DNA of 64,000 nucleotides from an uncultured Chloroflexia bacterium (GTDB lineage Bacteria; Chloroflexota; Limnocylindria; QHBO01): NCBI GenBank assembly GCA_963771155.1, contig CAVYSK010000018.1, positions 7,302 to 71,301 of the forward strand, read 5' to 3'. Shown piece by piece: positions 8,253 to 20,300 of this stretch (position 1 is its first letter; each line of letters starts with the position of its first letter). The notes under the pieces were generated by a model. It saw only the letters and a program-made list of their open reading frames with translations, ran no database searches and was not told where the DNA came from. The position numbers and the translations under genes were made by a program.

Positions 8253-11131
8253 CTAGCCGGCGATGTCGAGACCCAGCTCGGCACGTTCGAGATAGGCGTT
8301 GTCAGGACCGAGCGGGTCGGTGGTTTCGAACCATCGTCGGGTGATGGAGAACGACATGCGGTAGGTGCCGTCGCTCAGGGGCGCACCGTCGGGGAGCACG
8401 AGCGCCTTCGTGGCCTCCGCGTTCTGGATGATCGCCGCCGGCTGGGCGACCCACTCCACGGGGTTCGGCTCTCGCCATCGCACGATCTCCAGCAGGCGGT
8501 TCAGGTCCACGAAGACGTCGCGCAGCAGCTCGCGGTCGGCGGCGTTGAACGCGGTGGCGCGGACACGACGGACCTCGCCCGTCGCGCGCTCGGTGACCTC
8601 CAGGTCCCGGCCGACCAGCGTGGCGCTGAACGCGAACTTCTCGACGGGCGGTGGCCAGCCCGGCCATCGCCGGTCCAGGGCGCGGACGTTGACCGGAACC
8701 CGCGCCTGCGCGCCGATCCGCTCGGGAATCCAGGGGAACGGCGACGGGCCAGTGCCTCCACCGCGGATCGTCGCCTCGATCATCGCGCCCAGCCGTGCGC
8801 GATCCTCCGGCGACAGGCCCGGCCGGATCGTCCGTCGCTCGAGCGTGAGCTGGACCTCCTCGACGAAGTCGATCGGCTCTGGTGACTCGAGCAGGAGCCA
8901 TCGGTCGCTCGCCGCGTTGGCGGCCGTCACGTGGAGGCGATCCGGGTCCTCGAGCAGCGGCATGGCCAGGGCGCTGGCCGCATCGTTGAATGCCGTCTCA
9001 CGGTCCTCGGCCGGCGCGGTTGCACTCATCGCGCTGCTGATCCGGCCGGCCAGCCGGGATCGCACGCTCGCGAGCGGCTCGGCGGCGCCACTGGCGTCGT
9101 AGCGCTCGATGCCGGGGCAACTGGCGATGTGGTCGGCAAACCCCTCGTAGCGGCTGGTGCGGAAGGGCAGGCGGTACATGTCGATGCCCCGCACGCGCAG
9201 CGCGACGACGGAGGCGTCCGTCGCGACCACCATGCAGCGCCCGGTACCGCGGTCGCCGCGTGGCGACGCTCAAGCTATCGTCGCCGCAGCGGCAGCGGAT
9301 CGCGTCAGCGAAGACCTCGATGCTCAACCCGCTGATCTCACCGACGTCGGCAAGGGCCTGCGAGCCGAGCGGCACGCCGGACATCGACTCCACGACGAGC
9401 GTGCCGCTGCTCCCGGCACCGCGCCGCACCATCGCGCGAATGCCCTGCGAGGGTCGAGCGGCGTCGACGAGCACTGCTGCGCCGAGCGATCCATCGGGGC
9501 CGATCCGGCCGCGGATGTCGAGCCGGAGCAGATCCCACGTCGCATCGCCGAAGGTTCCCGCTGCCGCTCCTTCGGCCGTCAGGGCGCCGTCGACGACCGA
9601 CCACGACCCTGATGCATCGGCGAGGGCGGTGAGATCGGCCGGCTCGAACGGCTCGCGGTCGACCACCGGCCCGCCGGCCAGCCGCAGGGACGCGACGTAC
9701 GACGAGCCGGCATCCCACAGCGGGCGGCCCGAGGCGTCGAACGGAGCCAGGCCGATCCGCGGCTGCTGTCTCGTTCCATACATCGTCGGGTGGGCACGTG
9801 CCGGTCGATGCCTCCGTCAGCGCCCGGTAGCGGCCGATACGCGGGTCCAGGCTGAGCGCCCTCACGAGCTCGACCGAGCCGAGGATGACCCACGGATCGG
9901 CCTCGCCTCGATGGGCCAGGAACCAATCGGCCGACTCGCGCGAGCTCTTGTCGATTCGCCTCGCCGGCACGGAGTCGAACGCGGACTCCACGACGAGGGT
10001 GACCGGCATACGGAAGTCGGCCTCGGCCGTGCCGCTTCCCGGGCCGAAGATGCGCAGACGATCCGACAGGACGAGGTGGACCGACTCCTCGCGGTACGTC
10101 AGCCCGTTGCCTCCCGGCGGATGGCTCACCACGTACGGCGTCAGCTCGAGGCCTGGCTCGGCCGTCTCGTTCAGGCCGGGCGGACCGGAGGTGACGAAGC
10201 CGACACGCTCGGTGATGGTGGTCGTCTCCCACTCGGTCGACGAGTGCTTCACGCCGACCTCGGTCGTCAGCGCGATCTCGTACTCGTGCCGTGCCAGGAA
10301 CGGGACGACCGTGCCGTGCCCGTCCGACGTCTCGCGGTCGCAGCGCTCGCGGTCGCGCTCGAGCTGCGCCATGTCCGCCGCCGTGATGCACTCGACGGAG
10401 TCCAGGACCAGCACCCCGGCCAGCTCCTCACCGGTCGATGCCAGCGGCACCGCGCCGGGCTCCAGATCCTCGAGCAGGACATGCAGGATCCGGAACGCCT
10501 CCGGCGGCTCGATCGCCACATCGCTGAAGCCGGACGTGCCGCCGGTGACGTGCTGCCGGCCGACCTCGTCGCCTGCCGCGTCGAAGGCGACGACCACGAG
10601 CCGGGTCTTCCGGCGACCCGCGACCGCGACGCGGAGGACGGCGACGGCGAGGTCCTCCGACGCGGTGACGCTGACGACGCGGGTGGCGATCGTGGTGAAC
10701 GAGCCGACCCGATCGGTCGTGGCGCCGGACGCGAGGGGTGGCGCGACCGAGCACGGCGTGCCCTGGATGCGGACCGGCGCGACGGTGCCGCGTCCCTCGA
10801 ACGTGAAGCGTCGCGTCCACGCCGCCGGGATCGGTCCCATCGGCTCACCCGCAAAGTCGAAGCGGGCGACGTCGGGAGCCGTCACTCGGCAGCACCCGAA
10901 CTCCGGGTCCTCCTCGAGGATCTCGGCGTCGGCGAGCGGATTGTCGAGACCGACGGTGAACGGCGTGCTGCCGTTGAGGAGCAGCTTCTTGGGCGCGACC
11001 TGGCCGTGCGTCCGGGTGTCGACGTCCCACTGCCAGCGGAAGTTCCGCGGCGACGAGGCGCCGGTGAGCTCCTCGACGACCTCCCAGGCGCCGCCCTGGA
11101 CCGGGCGGCGTCGCATGACGATGCCCTTCAA
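8253..11131 (-). CDS. Giant hypothetical protein E (~955 aa), unrecognised family. 2 frame breaks (~9785, ~9250). May be continuous with protein D.
   Basis: Protein-like composition in three consecutive minus-frame segments (9338..11131, 8998..9783, 8253..9233) that join sensibly: ...TGTCPPDDV / YGTRQQPRIGLAPFD... and ...DSLSVAT / ...MVVATDASVVALRV. A possible own start is the ATG at 11116, preceded by GAAGGG. Confidence 0.55.
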
Positions 11132-13544
11132 GCGCGTAGCTGGCCGTGAGATTGAGGTCAGCGTCGCCGGCCACCTGTTCGCCGAAGGCGTTGTTGATCG
11201 CGCCGATGCCGAGGTGGTCGGCCAGCATCACCGAGAAGTCGATCTCCACGGTGGCGTCGAGCGGCACCGGAATGGCATCGCCCCGCCAGGCGCCGGCTGC
11301 CCGCCATCGAGTTGACGGATGTGAGCTCCGTCGCCTCGCCGCCCGCGCCGCCGTCCAGGCGCTGGACGCGGGCCGGCCACGTCCCCGACGGAGAGCTGCT
11401 GCTCGCCTGCAGGAGCGGGCTGGTCACCACCGCCCGCTCGGCCGGCTCGAGCTCGCCGCGTGTGCAATCGAGAGTGTAGGAGACGTCGGGCAGGAACCAC
11501 GGCGTCTCGAAGCGGAACGTCACGCGGAACACGAAGTAGTTGGGGACGTGCGCCAGCCATTCGGCGAGCATGGCGACGCTGATGCCGAAGCGCAGGAAGC
11601 CGAACACGACGACGGCGAAGCCCATCTCGAACCGGATCCGGGCGACGAAGTCGTTCGTGCCGCTGAGCATGTAACGGAGCAGCACCTGCAGCGCGCCCCA
11701 GCCCTCGAGCCGGATGACCTTCAGCTTGCCCTTCACGCTGACGCTCATCACGAACCCACCGCCGACGTGGCTGTCCTCGAGCCACTCGACGCAGACGGCG
11801 GCGCGAACCTTCAGCTCGAACAGCTCGCTGAGGTCGATCTCGAGCTTGCCGCCGACCCAGGTGTCGGGCTGTCCCAGCCGGCCGAGGGCGACCAGGCCGG
11901 GCTTGTTGCCGATCGTGATCGTGCCGCCGATCTTGAGCTTCGCCTCTTCCGGGAAGTTGTCGATGAGCTTATCCAGCGAGGTGTCGACCTGGATCTGGAG
12001 GACGAAGACGTCGCGCCGGAAGTCGTACTCGAACACGCCCAGCGAATGGCGAGCGGCTTCTTCGTCCCGAACATCGCGAACTCGACGACGATGATCAGGC
12101 CGGCGGCGTCCGGCGAGTCGAACCCGACTCCGAAGGCCTTGAGCTGGAACACCTGCCCGCGCCGGTGATCGACACCTCGAGGCCGAATCCGAACGCCCAC
12201 GCGTCGTTCGGCGGGGTCCACGGCCTCCAGGCCGCGCGACTCCGGCAGCGCCGTCGGCCGCGCGCGCTTGAGCCAGGTGTAGTACTTGAGCTCGCCGGCC
12301 TCGCGGTCGCCGTCCTCGAGCTTCGGGAACAGCGAGTCGGCGTAGAGCGCCTCGATGCCGCGCAGCTCGAACGGCCCCATCGGGATCGCGCCGAACAGCG
12401 CGACCAGCAGCAGCAGGTAGTCCATGCGGTCGCCGGCGACCGGGATGCGCTCGCCCCAGAACACGTCGACGGTGAGGCCCCATTCGTTGCCGCCGGCGTA
12501 GATGACGATCCCGCCGCCGAGGCCCTGCTCGTTGACGCGCGTGCCGTCCGGCAGCACGTCCTGCCGGTACATGCCGTGGGCGGTGATCTTCACGACGTCC
12601 TCGACCGTGAGCTCGGCGCCGAGCCCACCGAGCTGCGAAGCCCGGGGCGTCCGGGTTGCCGGCGAGCTTGCCGCGCAGCCGCGTGAACCAGACGCGCCTT
12701 CGAGCGGGGCGGTCTTCTCGCGGATGCCGCCCGAGATCGAGAAGTAGGTGGCGCCGTGCTCGTAGGCGAGGCCCATCTCGTGCACCTCGAGCGCGAAGCG
12801 CGACAGGTGGAGCTGCGTGCCGCGGCGGCATCACGAGGTTGCCGGACGGCTTGCCGCGGTCCCACCCGACATCGATGAGCGCCGCCTCGAACGGCTTGTC
12901 GTCCTCCGTCTTCACCCTGACCGCCTCGGCCGCGGTGGACGTGGCGCCCGGCTTCTCGCGGATCATGATGTCGACGAGCGCCTGCACCGCCGAGGCCGGG
13001 CTCGGGCGACGTCCTTGCCCAGCTCCTGAGAGAGACGCCGGCGCGAATGCGGAAGATGTCGACGACGACCTTCCACAGGTCGAGGTGGACGACCGGCAGG
13101 ACGCTCGCCGAGCGTCGGGTGGCGGGTGCGCGAAGGACAGCCGCAGCACGTCGCCGTCGATGAGGCCCGAGCTCGACCTCGAAGTCCTCCGTCGCCGCTG
13201 TCCGGCCGAGGCGTAGCCGCCCTCGAGGGTCAGCCCGGACCACCACGCCTCGTCCTCGGGCGGCGTGGCGAAGAACAGCTGCTCAGGAAGAGCGAACGTT
13301 GTCGCCGAGCGGCACCGATGATCGGTGCGTCCTGAAGGTCAGCAGGTTTTCCAGCGGCTTGCGGACTGAAATGGCGGCGTCGGAAATGCTGGCCGTCAAT
13401 CCGCTCTCGAGGGTGATCGAGCCGCCTCCCGAGGCGTCGAGAGCTTACGTCCTTGGTGACGGTGTATTCCTCGGATTGGCCCGCGAAGGAGACGCGGTCG
13501 CCCGCGATGAACATGCCGTCGGCGCCGCCACGGGCGACGGTCAC
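11132..13544 (-). pseudogene. Giant hypothetical protein D (~800 aa), unrecognised family, at least 7 frame breaks. Has a hydrophobic C-terminal region.
   Basis: Starts at GTG 13544 (MTVARGGADGMFIAGDRVSFAGQSEEYTVTKDV), 3 nt after the stop of C. Coherent peptide runs are scattered over all three minus frames, e.g. ALDASGGGSITLESGLTASISDAAISVRKPLENLLTF, EQLFFATPPEDEAWWSGLTLEGGYASAG, AVQALVDIMIREKPGATSTAAEAVRVKTEDDKPFEAALIDVGWDRGKPSGNLVMPP, HEMGLAYEHGATYFSISGGIREK, and LGVFEYDFRRDVFVLQIQVDTSLDKLIDNFPEEAKLKIGG ... FEMGFAVVVFGFLRFGISVAMLAEWLAHV. No in-frame stop before the start of E. Confidence 0.5.
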
Positions 13545-13547
13545 GCG

Positions 13548-14440
13548 TCATGCTGCCTGCCGCGCCAGTACCCTCGGGCGCGCCGCCCGGTCCGCGGGGA
13601 TCCTGGCTGCGACGAACGCCAAGCTGCCGTGCTGCGGGACGGGCGGAGCGAACACCGACGGAATGACGATGTCCTCGAGCACGACTTCCGCCTCGGGGCT
13701 CAGATGAAGCCGCTCGCGCAGGTCCTTGAGCGCACTGCCGTCCACGCTCCAGTCCAGCTCGATCCCGCCGAAGCCCAGGCCGCCCCCGAGGTACGGGAAG
13801 GACGTGGGATCGAGTGGGCGGACGAGCCAGTCGTACTCGGCGCGGGCATGGCCGGGCGAGGAGATGAGTGACAGCTCGTGGACCGCGGTGGCGGGCAGGC
13901 CGAAGATCCGACACGGCCCGACGGAGATCGGCAGGTGGGGCTGGAGCCGGATGTCGCCATCGGCCTCGATCAGGAGGCTGAAGTCGCGCTTGATGACCGA
14001 GTCCGTGGCGCCGTCGGAGAGCACGATCGCCGGGTCGATGTCGCGTTGGCGGTGTCGGGGTGGGCCGCGAGCAGGTCCGGCGGGATGCCGACCTCGAGCG
14101 GCAGGGAGTCCACCTGGATCGTGTGCCCACCGCCGAGCGCGGTGGAGACCCGGAAGTCGGACGTCCAGTCGAGCTCCGGCGCGAAGACGAACTTCAGCGA
14201 CGGGAACAGGCGGGTGACGAGCTCCGTCCGCGCCGGCGGCACTCCGCCCACCAGCGACAGCTTGCCGGTGACCGCGACCATCCCGTCGGGCGCGACATCC
14301 GCGGTCGCGTCCTCGACCTCGATCGCGTCGATCAGTCTGTGCGGCGAGCCCTGCGCCGTCCGTCGACGGCGGGAACGAGGTGTCGATGTCTTCGACCGGC
14401 CAGGAGTCGCGATCGAGCTGAAGAGCTCGTTCAGCCGCAT
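13548..14440 (-). pseudogene. Hypothetical protein C (~300 aa), unrecognised family, about 3 frame breaks
   Basis: ATG at 14440 lies 1 nt after the PLD stop (TGA-C-ATG). Coherent segments: IDAIEVEDATADVAPDGMVAVTGKLSLVGG...LKFVFAPELDWTSDFRVSTALGGGHTIQVDSLPLEVGIPPDLL, then (other frame) DSVIKRDFSLLIEADGDIRLQPHLPISVGPCRIFGLPATAVHELSLISSPGHARAEYDWLVRPLDP... Confidence 0.45.
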
Positions 14441-14441
14441 G

Positions 14442-17342
14442 TCACTCGACCTGGCTTCCCGGGTCGACGATCGTGTCGAAGATCGCGTCCGCCTGGGTGC
14501 CGACGATGGCGGCCGCGGTGGCTGCCGTCAGGGTGCCGATCATCGCCACGCCACCGAGTCGGCTGGTCGTGTCGATGAACTCGGTCGTGGAGCTCGAACT
14601 CGGTGGAGTAGGGCTGGGCCTCGAACGGCGTGAACCGGCTGCCGGTCGTGAACTTCCGGCCGAACAGCGGCAGGCACGTGACGGGATCGACGAGCGCGGC
14701 GCGTCCGTACTCCTCCGTCACGCCTAGGTGCTCGGCCCACAGCGCGATGCGGAGTGCGCGGATCCAGTTGTCCGGCGCCGTCGGCAACCGTCTCGCGCAG
14801 GGCGAAGATGTTGCACTCCCCGTCGGAGTAGTAGCCGCGGCGGTTGGCGTTCGCCGAGCCGATGGAGGCGAACGCGTCGTCGACCAGCATGATCTTGGAG
14901 TGGACGTAGATGTCCGGGAACGACCCGGCCGTCACGGCCGCGCCGGTCTTGTGCGCGGCGCGCTTCGTCCCGTCGCCCGCCTTGAACAGGTTGGTGTCGC
15001 CCTCCCGCTCCACGTCGAGTCGAACGCTCGTGGGGCTGCTGAAGCTCGGTCTTCCGGTGATACGCGCGCATCACCTCGCCGTCGACGACGAGCCAGAACG
15101 GCGGATCCGGCACCCGCGAAGGCGGGCCGACTTCGAGCACGGTGTCGGCCGCCGTCTCGCCGAGCTCGGCCATGAGCCACAGCCGGCCGCTCGCCGATTG
15201 GTGCTGGTCGGCGTCCTCGAGTACCGCTTGCGCAGGACGCCGACCTTGAAGCGGTCGCCCCACGCCGTCCGCATGTCCTGGATGAACGCCTGCCGCCGCG
15301 TGAGGCCGAACGGCTGGTCCGGCGTAGCCAGGGACGACGATGATCAGCGGCCCCGATACCCGTCCCGCCGCGTCCTCCAGCGCCGCCGTCAGCTCGTCCG
15401 GCGGCGTCAGGTACTGGTCCTCGATGTAGATGTAGCGGCGTGCCTGCCCGATGGCCCGCAGAAGCGTGTCGATGATGGTGCGCTCGCCGTTGGGCGCGAA
15501 GTCGACGAAGCCGCGGCCGCTTCCGGGCACCGGACCGTAGTAGGTGCGGGCGACCTGGACGATGTCCGGGCCGCCAGTCGGCAGCCCAGCCAATGGCGAC
15601 CGGGGTGCTTGCCCTCCGGATCGAGCGCCAGCGCCGTTCCCGACGCGCGGCGCCAGCGTCTCGATGAACGTCGTGCGAGCTCGACCGGCCGCACGCCCGT
15701 TGACGCGAGCGTGGACGTCGTGGAACGGGCCGCGAGACGCGTGGTCGCGGTCCTGCACGCGGTTCGCGTTGAGGTCGATGCCGCCGCAGTAGGCGTGGAT
15801 GCCGGTGCCGTTGCGGACGATCTGGATCTTCTGGTGGAAGACGTTGAAGCGGCGCTGCGCCTCCAGGGCGAGCGAGATGATCTCCGACGACGTGTCGGCG
15901 TGCGGGTTGTCGTCTACGTCCGCGTCGACGGGGTCGAGGTGGGCCTCGACGCCGGGCATGTCGGCCAGCGCCTCGATGTCGGCCCGATTGAGCTCGCGAC
16001 CTTCGATGAGGCTGTCGAGGTTCGCCGCCCCCACGAAGAGCAGTCCCGCAAGCGCCTGGGTATGCAGGAAGAAGTTGGGCTGGTTGAGCGTCCTGCTGTC
16101 CTGGAAGAACGTTGCGCCCGCGCCGGCGACCATGAGCAGCATGCTGAAGAGGGTCGCGGACGTCTGGACGTCGCGAACCCAGGCCGGATCGAGCTGGAGC
16201 ATCTGCAGCGCAAGGAAGCGAGCCTCCCCTGGCAGCCTCCCCGCCGGGGGCGACCCCATAGCGGCCGCGACGTCCTTGACCGATCGGTTGGTGAAGGTGG
16301 CCGGAACGAGCGTCGCGTCGTGCTGGAGCGAGTACCCGGTGACGTAGAACGCGCCGGTCGGCCCCGCGTTGATCGCTGCATCCAGCTCGGCGAACAGATC
16401 TTCGTACGTCGCGATCCCGTCAGCGAATGCGGTTACCCGGTTGCCGCGCGTGTGGCGTGCGAGGGCGGCTGATCCCTGGGCTGCGAACCAGGACGCCAAC
16501 GGCGCGAAGGTCACGTGGCTCGTCGTCGTGGTGAGCGGGACGACGCCTCCAGAAAAGGGGACGACGGTCATCGGATCCGCGGTTTCCGACAGCGCGATGG
16601 CCGACTCGCCGGCGGCCGTGACATCGAGCGACGTACCCCCGATGGCCGCCCGACCGATGCCGGCAGCAGTCAGGACGTTGCCCCGGTGGGCCGGTGCCAG
16701 GGTGACGGGACTGCCACCGCCGAGCGCGATCGTGACGCCGACGGCGGGACTGCCACCGGGTTCCAGGAGCCGGAGCGGCTGCTCGACCCCGTCGAACGCG
16801 CCGACGAAGTCTTGCCATGTCGGTGCGCCCTCTGTCAGCGCGGCGTCATCGAGGGCGTCGCGGAGGGCCCGCAGGACGCCGATGGAGTCGAGGCCCGCCG
16901 CGCCAGGGGCGAACGCCACGATCGTGATGGCGCCGGTCATGACGTCGGCTCCTAGGAGCTTGACCGCCGCCCCTCGCGTAACGCCTTTCGGCTCGCCCGT
17001 CTCGGCTTGCGCCCCGACGTTTTGGTCGAAGCGGATGGCGAGCACCGGGTTGCCGAACGGCATCCGCGTTCGCATCGGCTCGAAGAGCGCGACGTCCGCC
17101 GCACGACCCCAGATCCAATGGATCGTGGACGACGCCTCCTGGTGGTGATGCCAACGACCGGATGCGGGATACCGCAGGGGAGCAGGCGGCCCGGTGCCTG
17201 CCACTGCCCATTGCTCCGCTTCCGGTGCGGTTGCCCCGGCCCCGGAAGGCGGGAACAGTTGCCGCAGCGGCGCGGGCAGATCGGTGGCTAACCCTCGCTC
17301 CCAGGTCCATCCGGTGATCGATGCGAGCGGCGACGTGAACAT
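14442..17342 (-). pseudogene. Phospholipase D superfamily protein with two HKD motifs and a ~470-aa unrecognised N-terminal region. About 8 frame breaks, all in the 3' 40%.
   Basis: HKD-1 FHQKIQIVRNGTGIHAYCGGIDLNANR, with the Asp position degenerate. PFHDVHARVNG. HKD-2 YVHSKIMLVDDAFASIGSANANRRGYYSDGE is canonical but sits in a different frame (14540..15013 ORF). The tail WIRALRIALWAEHLGV... is in a third frame, and the final ...EFIDTTSRLGGVAMIGTLTAATAAAIVGTQADAIFDTIVDPGSQVE* is in another. ATG at 17342 lies 2 nt after the stop of protein A (TAG-CC-ATG). Confidence 0.75.
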
Positions 17343-17344
17343 GG

Positions 17345-20300
17345 CTACGCGCTCACGCTCAATGCCGCGTGGAGCGGACCGATCAGCCGCGACGGGACGC
17401 CATCGGCCGTGATGGACACGGCCCACACGTGCAGGACGATTCCATCGGTCGGCAGGGCGAAAGTCACAGTACCTGTGCCTGTGGGGTCTAGGGCCACGGG
17501 CGTGGGGCCGAGCCGTCGTCCCAGCTCGTCGCGGACGATCAGCTGCGCGTCGGCCGGAAGATCCGGGCGGTTGCGCACCGTCGCCAGCGTCGCAATCGCT
17601 GTGCCCAGCGAGTTGTCCGCGGTGTGGAAGACGTAGACGCTAGCCTCGTTCCCGTCCGGAAGCTTGACGCGAACGGTCGCGGATGTGCCCTCGATCTCGA
17701 GAGACTTGAGCTCGGGCGCCACGGAGCGTGCCGGTGACGGCACGTGGACGACCATCGAGAGGACCTGGGCGTTGGCGGAGGGTCGGCCGGCGGCATCCAC
17801 GCGCCGCAGCCGATACAGCCAGCGGGCGGGTCGGTTGGGGAGCGTGTCCTCGTACGGCGCAGCCGGATCCACGATCGCCAGGACCGTGGCGCTCTCGTCG
17901 AGCCCGTCGAGGCGGGCCGCGGCGTGCGCGACGAATCGATCGCTCACCGCTCGGGCCGCGTCCTCAGCGCGCAGCGCCGCCTCGTCGGCAGCGGACAGCG
18001 CCCACGGATTCTCGGTCCCGTCCGGCGCGACGAGCACGGCGCCGCCGTCCGTCACGCGCAGCCGTGAGAGGGCCGCGGACGCGGGGAGCCGCTCGAGGCG
18101 CATCCGGGCGGCGCCGACGAATCCGGAAGGGTACCCATCGGCGGGGCGGATGGTGCCGTGCACGTCGCTGCCGGCCTGTCTCGGCAGCGTGACCGCCGTC
18201 GACCGCGCTCAGATCCGCGATGACGAGCGTCGTCCGTCCGTAGTAACGCGCCGTGACCTCGCGCGCTGCGACGGTGCTCTCGTTGCCGGGCCGCGGGGCG
18301 GCCTCGAGGGCGGCCCGACGATCAGGGACATACAGTTCGGCATCGGCTGCGGTGACGCCGATGCCCTGGCGCTGGCGGCGCCGGTTCTCGTCAACCGCGA
18401 TCCATGCGGCCGGCAGCGTGACCTCGTACTCCTCGACCTGGTCCGAACCCGCGGGTGCGGGCACCCTGGGCACGACTGCCACGCGCCGATGCCACGATTC
18501 GGAATTCAGTTCCGCGGACGTCGTGCGCAGCACCGAGAACGTGCCCTGGGCGGGAGCGGTCGCTTGCTGAACTGGGTTGCTGGCCAGCGCGAGGGTCACG
18601 TTCGTGCCCGCTGGGTGCGCCGTGATCCGGAAGGCCGCGCCGAGGACGACTACGAGCCCCGCGAACTCATCGGCGGTGACGGGGCGGTCGAACTGCACGG
18701 GAAGCGACCAGCCAGTCGCGGTCGCCGCGGCGATAGCCGTCGTTCGCGCTTCGATCTCGGCCAGCGCCCCGTCGTGCTCGTAGACCCGGAACTCCGTCGT
18801 CTCGGGATCGACGTCTCGCTCCGACGGCCCCCATCCCCAGCGAATGCGGACGACGTTCCCGCCCGCAGCGAGTGCGCGCTGTGCGGCCGTCAGATCCGGA
18901 TTGTCATGTTGCAGGAGCAGCACCTCCACCCCGCTGGGCGGAACAACTCCGGCCGGTGTCGGACCGGCGCTCGGCGGCGTCGTGGGCGGCGGTGGCCGCA
19001 CGTGCTTGCGGAGCTGCGTCGGGCTCGACGTCGTTGCCGGTGATTCGCGGCCCGTTGCGTCGACCGAGACCACACGGTAGGTGATGGCGTCGCCGTATGC
19101 GAGGACGTCGGCTTCGAACGTCTCGATCGCACGGACGGCGTCCGAGTACGAGCCTGGCGCAGCATCGGCGGGCGGGAACGCCTGGAGCAGGTCGAACCCC
19201 CAGGTCGGGGAATCCGTCGGAGTGGGCGCATTGCGACCGGAGATCTGGGTCCCGTCGCCGTCTCTCGCGGCGAACGGACGTCCCGCCCAGGATCGCTCCA
19301 GCCGGTAGCGCGCCACCTCGGTCGGCGGCGCCGTCGTCGCATCGGCCGGGTAGTAGGGCGGCAGGCTGACGGGGAGTGCGGACGGCGCATCCCACGTCAC
19401 CTCGAAGCCGCGATTGGTGTCGAGCACGCCGCGCGCGGCCGTGCGGCTCGGATCGCCGAGATTCACGACGGCGATGGAGTCGGGTGCCGCGGGCCGCGGG
19501 GTGGGCGCGAACTCGACGCCATAGATAGCCCCCGAGATCTCGACCGGCTCGTCGGGATCGAGCATGGGATTCAGCGGCTCCGGGACGATGCCGGTGAGCG
19601 CCAGGTCACCCGTGATCCTGATCCAATCCACATCAGTCCCGAAATCGATCACGGTCCGATCGGACGTCGTTTCCGAGAGGCTGGCAACGCTCGATCCGTA
19701 GCGGAAGCCACGCGCCTGGATGTTCGACCCGGGTGCGGCCTCGAGGACGAGCCGCGGGCCGGCGGCGTCGGGGATGACCACGAGCCCGTCCGAACGGATT
19801 CCCTTCCGGATCGTTGTCGGGTCCCCCGGAACGCCCGAGATGGCCTCGACGACGAGGGAGCGGCTGGTCAGGACCAGGGCCGTTCCCCACCGGAAGCCAC
19901 GGGGGAGCCGGTATCCCCGCGGGACGGTGTGGAAGTCGAAGAGCCGCTCGTCGCGGTCGCGCCGTCGGACCTGGCCGACGATGCGGTAGTCGTAGCGCGC
20001 GCCCGGCACGAGATCGTCGCGGTCGAGATGGGCGAACCCAAGGCCACGCTGCCACTCCGGCAGAATCGTGGTCGCGATGGCGAGCCCAAAGGGCGCAACG
20101 TCCCAGGCGTTGCCATCCTCGCCGGGCCGTTCGGAGACCACGCGCCAGGCGGCCACGCCATCCGGGCGCTGGAGCGCCGAATTCGCATACCGGGAGATCT
20201 CGTCGAAGTCGCCGCCAAGCGCGTCGGGTTGCGCGCGGCTCGCGGCAAGGGCCAGGCCGTCCGCCACCGTGGCGACCGCAGGATTGACGGATGCGAACGG

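Noticed and set aside
14442-17342. Interpreting the PLD-family protein as an ordinary cardiolipin synthase
   Set aside because: It is about twice the usual size, has no N-terminal transmembrane pair, and carries a ~470-aa unknown N-terminal region. It also sits in an operon of giant unknown proteins. HKD motifs alone cannot distinguish lipase, synthase or nuclease activity.
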